Shown here: in pieces, positions 63,483 to 64,000 of the stretch
How the letters are laid out: every line of letters begins with the position of its first letter
Position numbering within the stretch: the first letter of the stretch is position 1
Origin: Naegleria gruberi
Taxonomy: Eukaryota
Length of the DNA: 64,000 nt
Assembly (NCBI GenBank): GCA_000004985.1
Contig: GG738863.1
Direction: 5' to 3' (one strand)
Program-made: the position numbers and the translations under genes
The notes under the pieces: model-generated
The model's database searches: none
What the model was told of the DNA's origin: nothing
Seen by the model: the letters and a program-made list of their open reading frames with translations, nothing else

Positions 63483-64000
63483 TGAATTCGGAAGATTTTC
63501 TGATGGATTTCTTCTCCGATCAAACTTCATCAACACCCTCTGCTTCTATGCAATTTGACAATACAATGGAGATGATGAATAATGGAGAGGAGAACAACAA
63601 CAGCAGTTGTAGTACAAGGCTTGCAGAGGACTCTGATGATGATATTACCATGATGATGATTTCCACAAATTTGGATTCAGTTGAGCAATCCTGTAATGCA
63701 GGTGCTGCAGGTGAAGGGGCAATTGAAATGAATTCATGCTCTGCTGCACAATGTAACATGATGGAAAAAGTGGGCAGTTTAGCAGAGCAAGTAAATTCAC
63801 AGCTGTCACATTCGAATACAGCAGCAAAGGTAGTTCATGAAATTAGTCCTGTGCTATTGGAACAGTCGACAAGTGAAGGATTGAAAAGTGCTTATCGTGG
63901 ATATAGAAATGCAATTGTAACTGGTGTGAAAATTAGAATTCCATATATTTTACAATCAGTTATTTATGCTCTGATATTTCAAACACCTTCTGAGATTAAG
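63483..64000 (+). CDS. hypothetical protein, 3' partial (runs off window)
   Basis: ATG 63483 (MNSEDFLMDFFSDQTSS...), open to the end of the window; acidic/Ser-rich. Confidence 0.3.

Noticed and set aside
1-64000. Giant-virus (Mimiviridae-like) genome: AT-rich, dense genes on both strands, aaRS + tRNA + many F-box/LRR proteins
   Set aside because: Multiple genes have spliceosomal introns with consistent GT-AG boundaries and phases. Host-type 5S rRNA, SAR1, RhoBTB, P450 and assembly gaps also fit a cellular eukaryotic nuclear scaffold.
1-64000. CRISPR arrays, prokaryotic defence islands, operons
   Set aside because: No regularly spaced direct repeats. The genes are monocistronic with eukaryotic start contexts and introns.

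Overview
This window looks like gene-dense nuclear DNA from an AT-rich (about 32% GC) eukaryote, read from a draft assembly with two 50-N scaffold gaps (6325-6374, 43238-43287). It is not prokaryotic or viral. Several genes carry short spliceosomal introns (GTAAGT/GTGAGT...AG, about 30-110 nt). There is one tRNA-Pro(UGG) gene and two 5S rRNA copies. Start codons sit in an A-rich context (AAAAATG), and poly-Q/N/S/T low-complexity tracts are common. Together these fit a dictyostelid-like amoebozoan genome, but that is an inference from the sequence, not a database hit. About 40 protein genes lie on both strands. Recognisable ones include seryl-tRNA synthetase, SAR1, a RhoBTB-type GTPase, an F-box-like/Rho-GTPase fusion, a class IV sirtuin, a microsomal cytochrome P450, a membrane dipeptidase (M19), a bacterial-type PARG macrodomain protein, and a zf-PARP protein. 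Also present are a Zn2Cys6 transcription factor, a MYND finger protein, an EF-hand protein, a SAP-domain protein, a 1956-aa B-box/beta-sandwich-repeat giant protein, an NHL/GPS single-pass membrane protein, an F-box/LRR protein, and at least six other F-box-like proteins. The supplied ORF track uses ATG/GTG/TTG starts, so several starts were moved to the first in-frame ATG. The most unusual structure is a pair of convergent 5S rRNA genes, one full length and one 91-nt copy with an internal deletion. They form near-perfect inverted repeats of about 100 bp around a 4.8-kb cassette with two genes, a P-loop NTPase and an F-box-like protein. There is no CRISPR array, no operon-like structure and no recognisable transposase.
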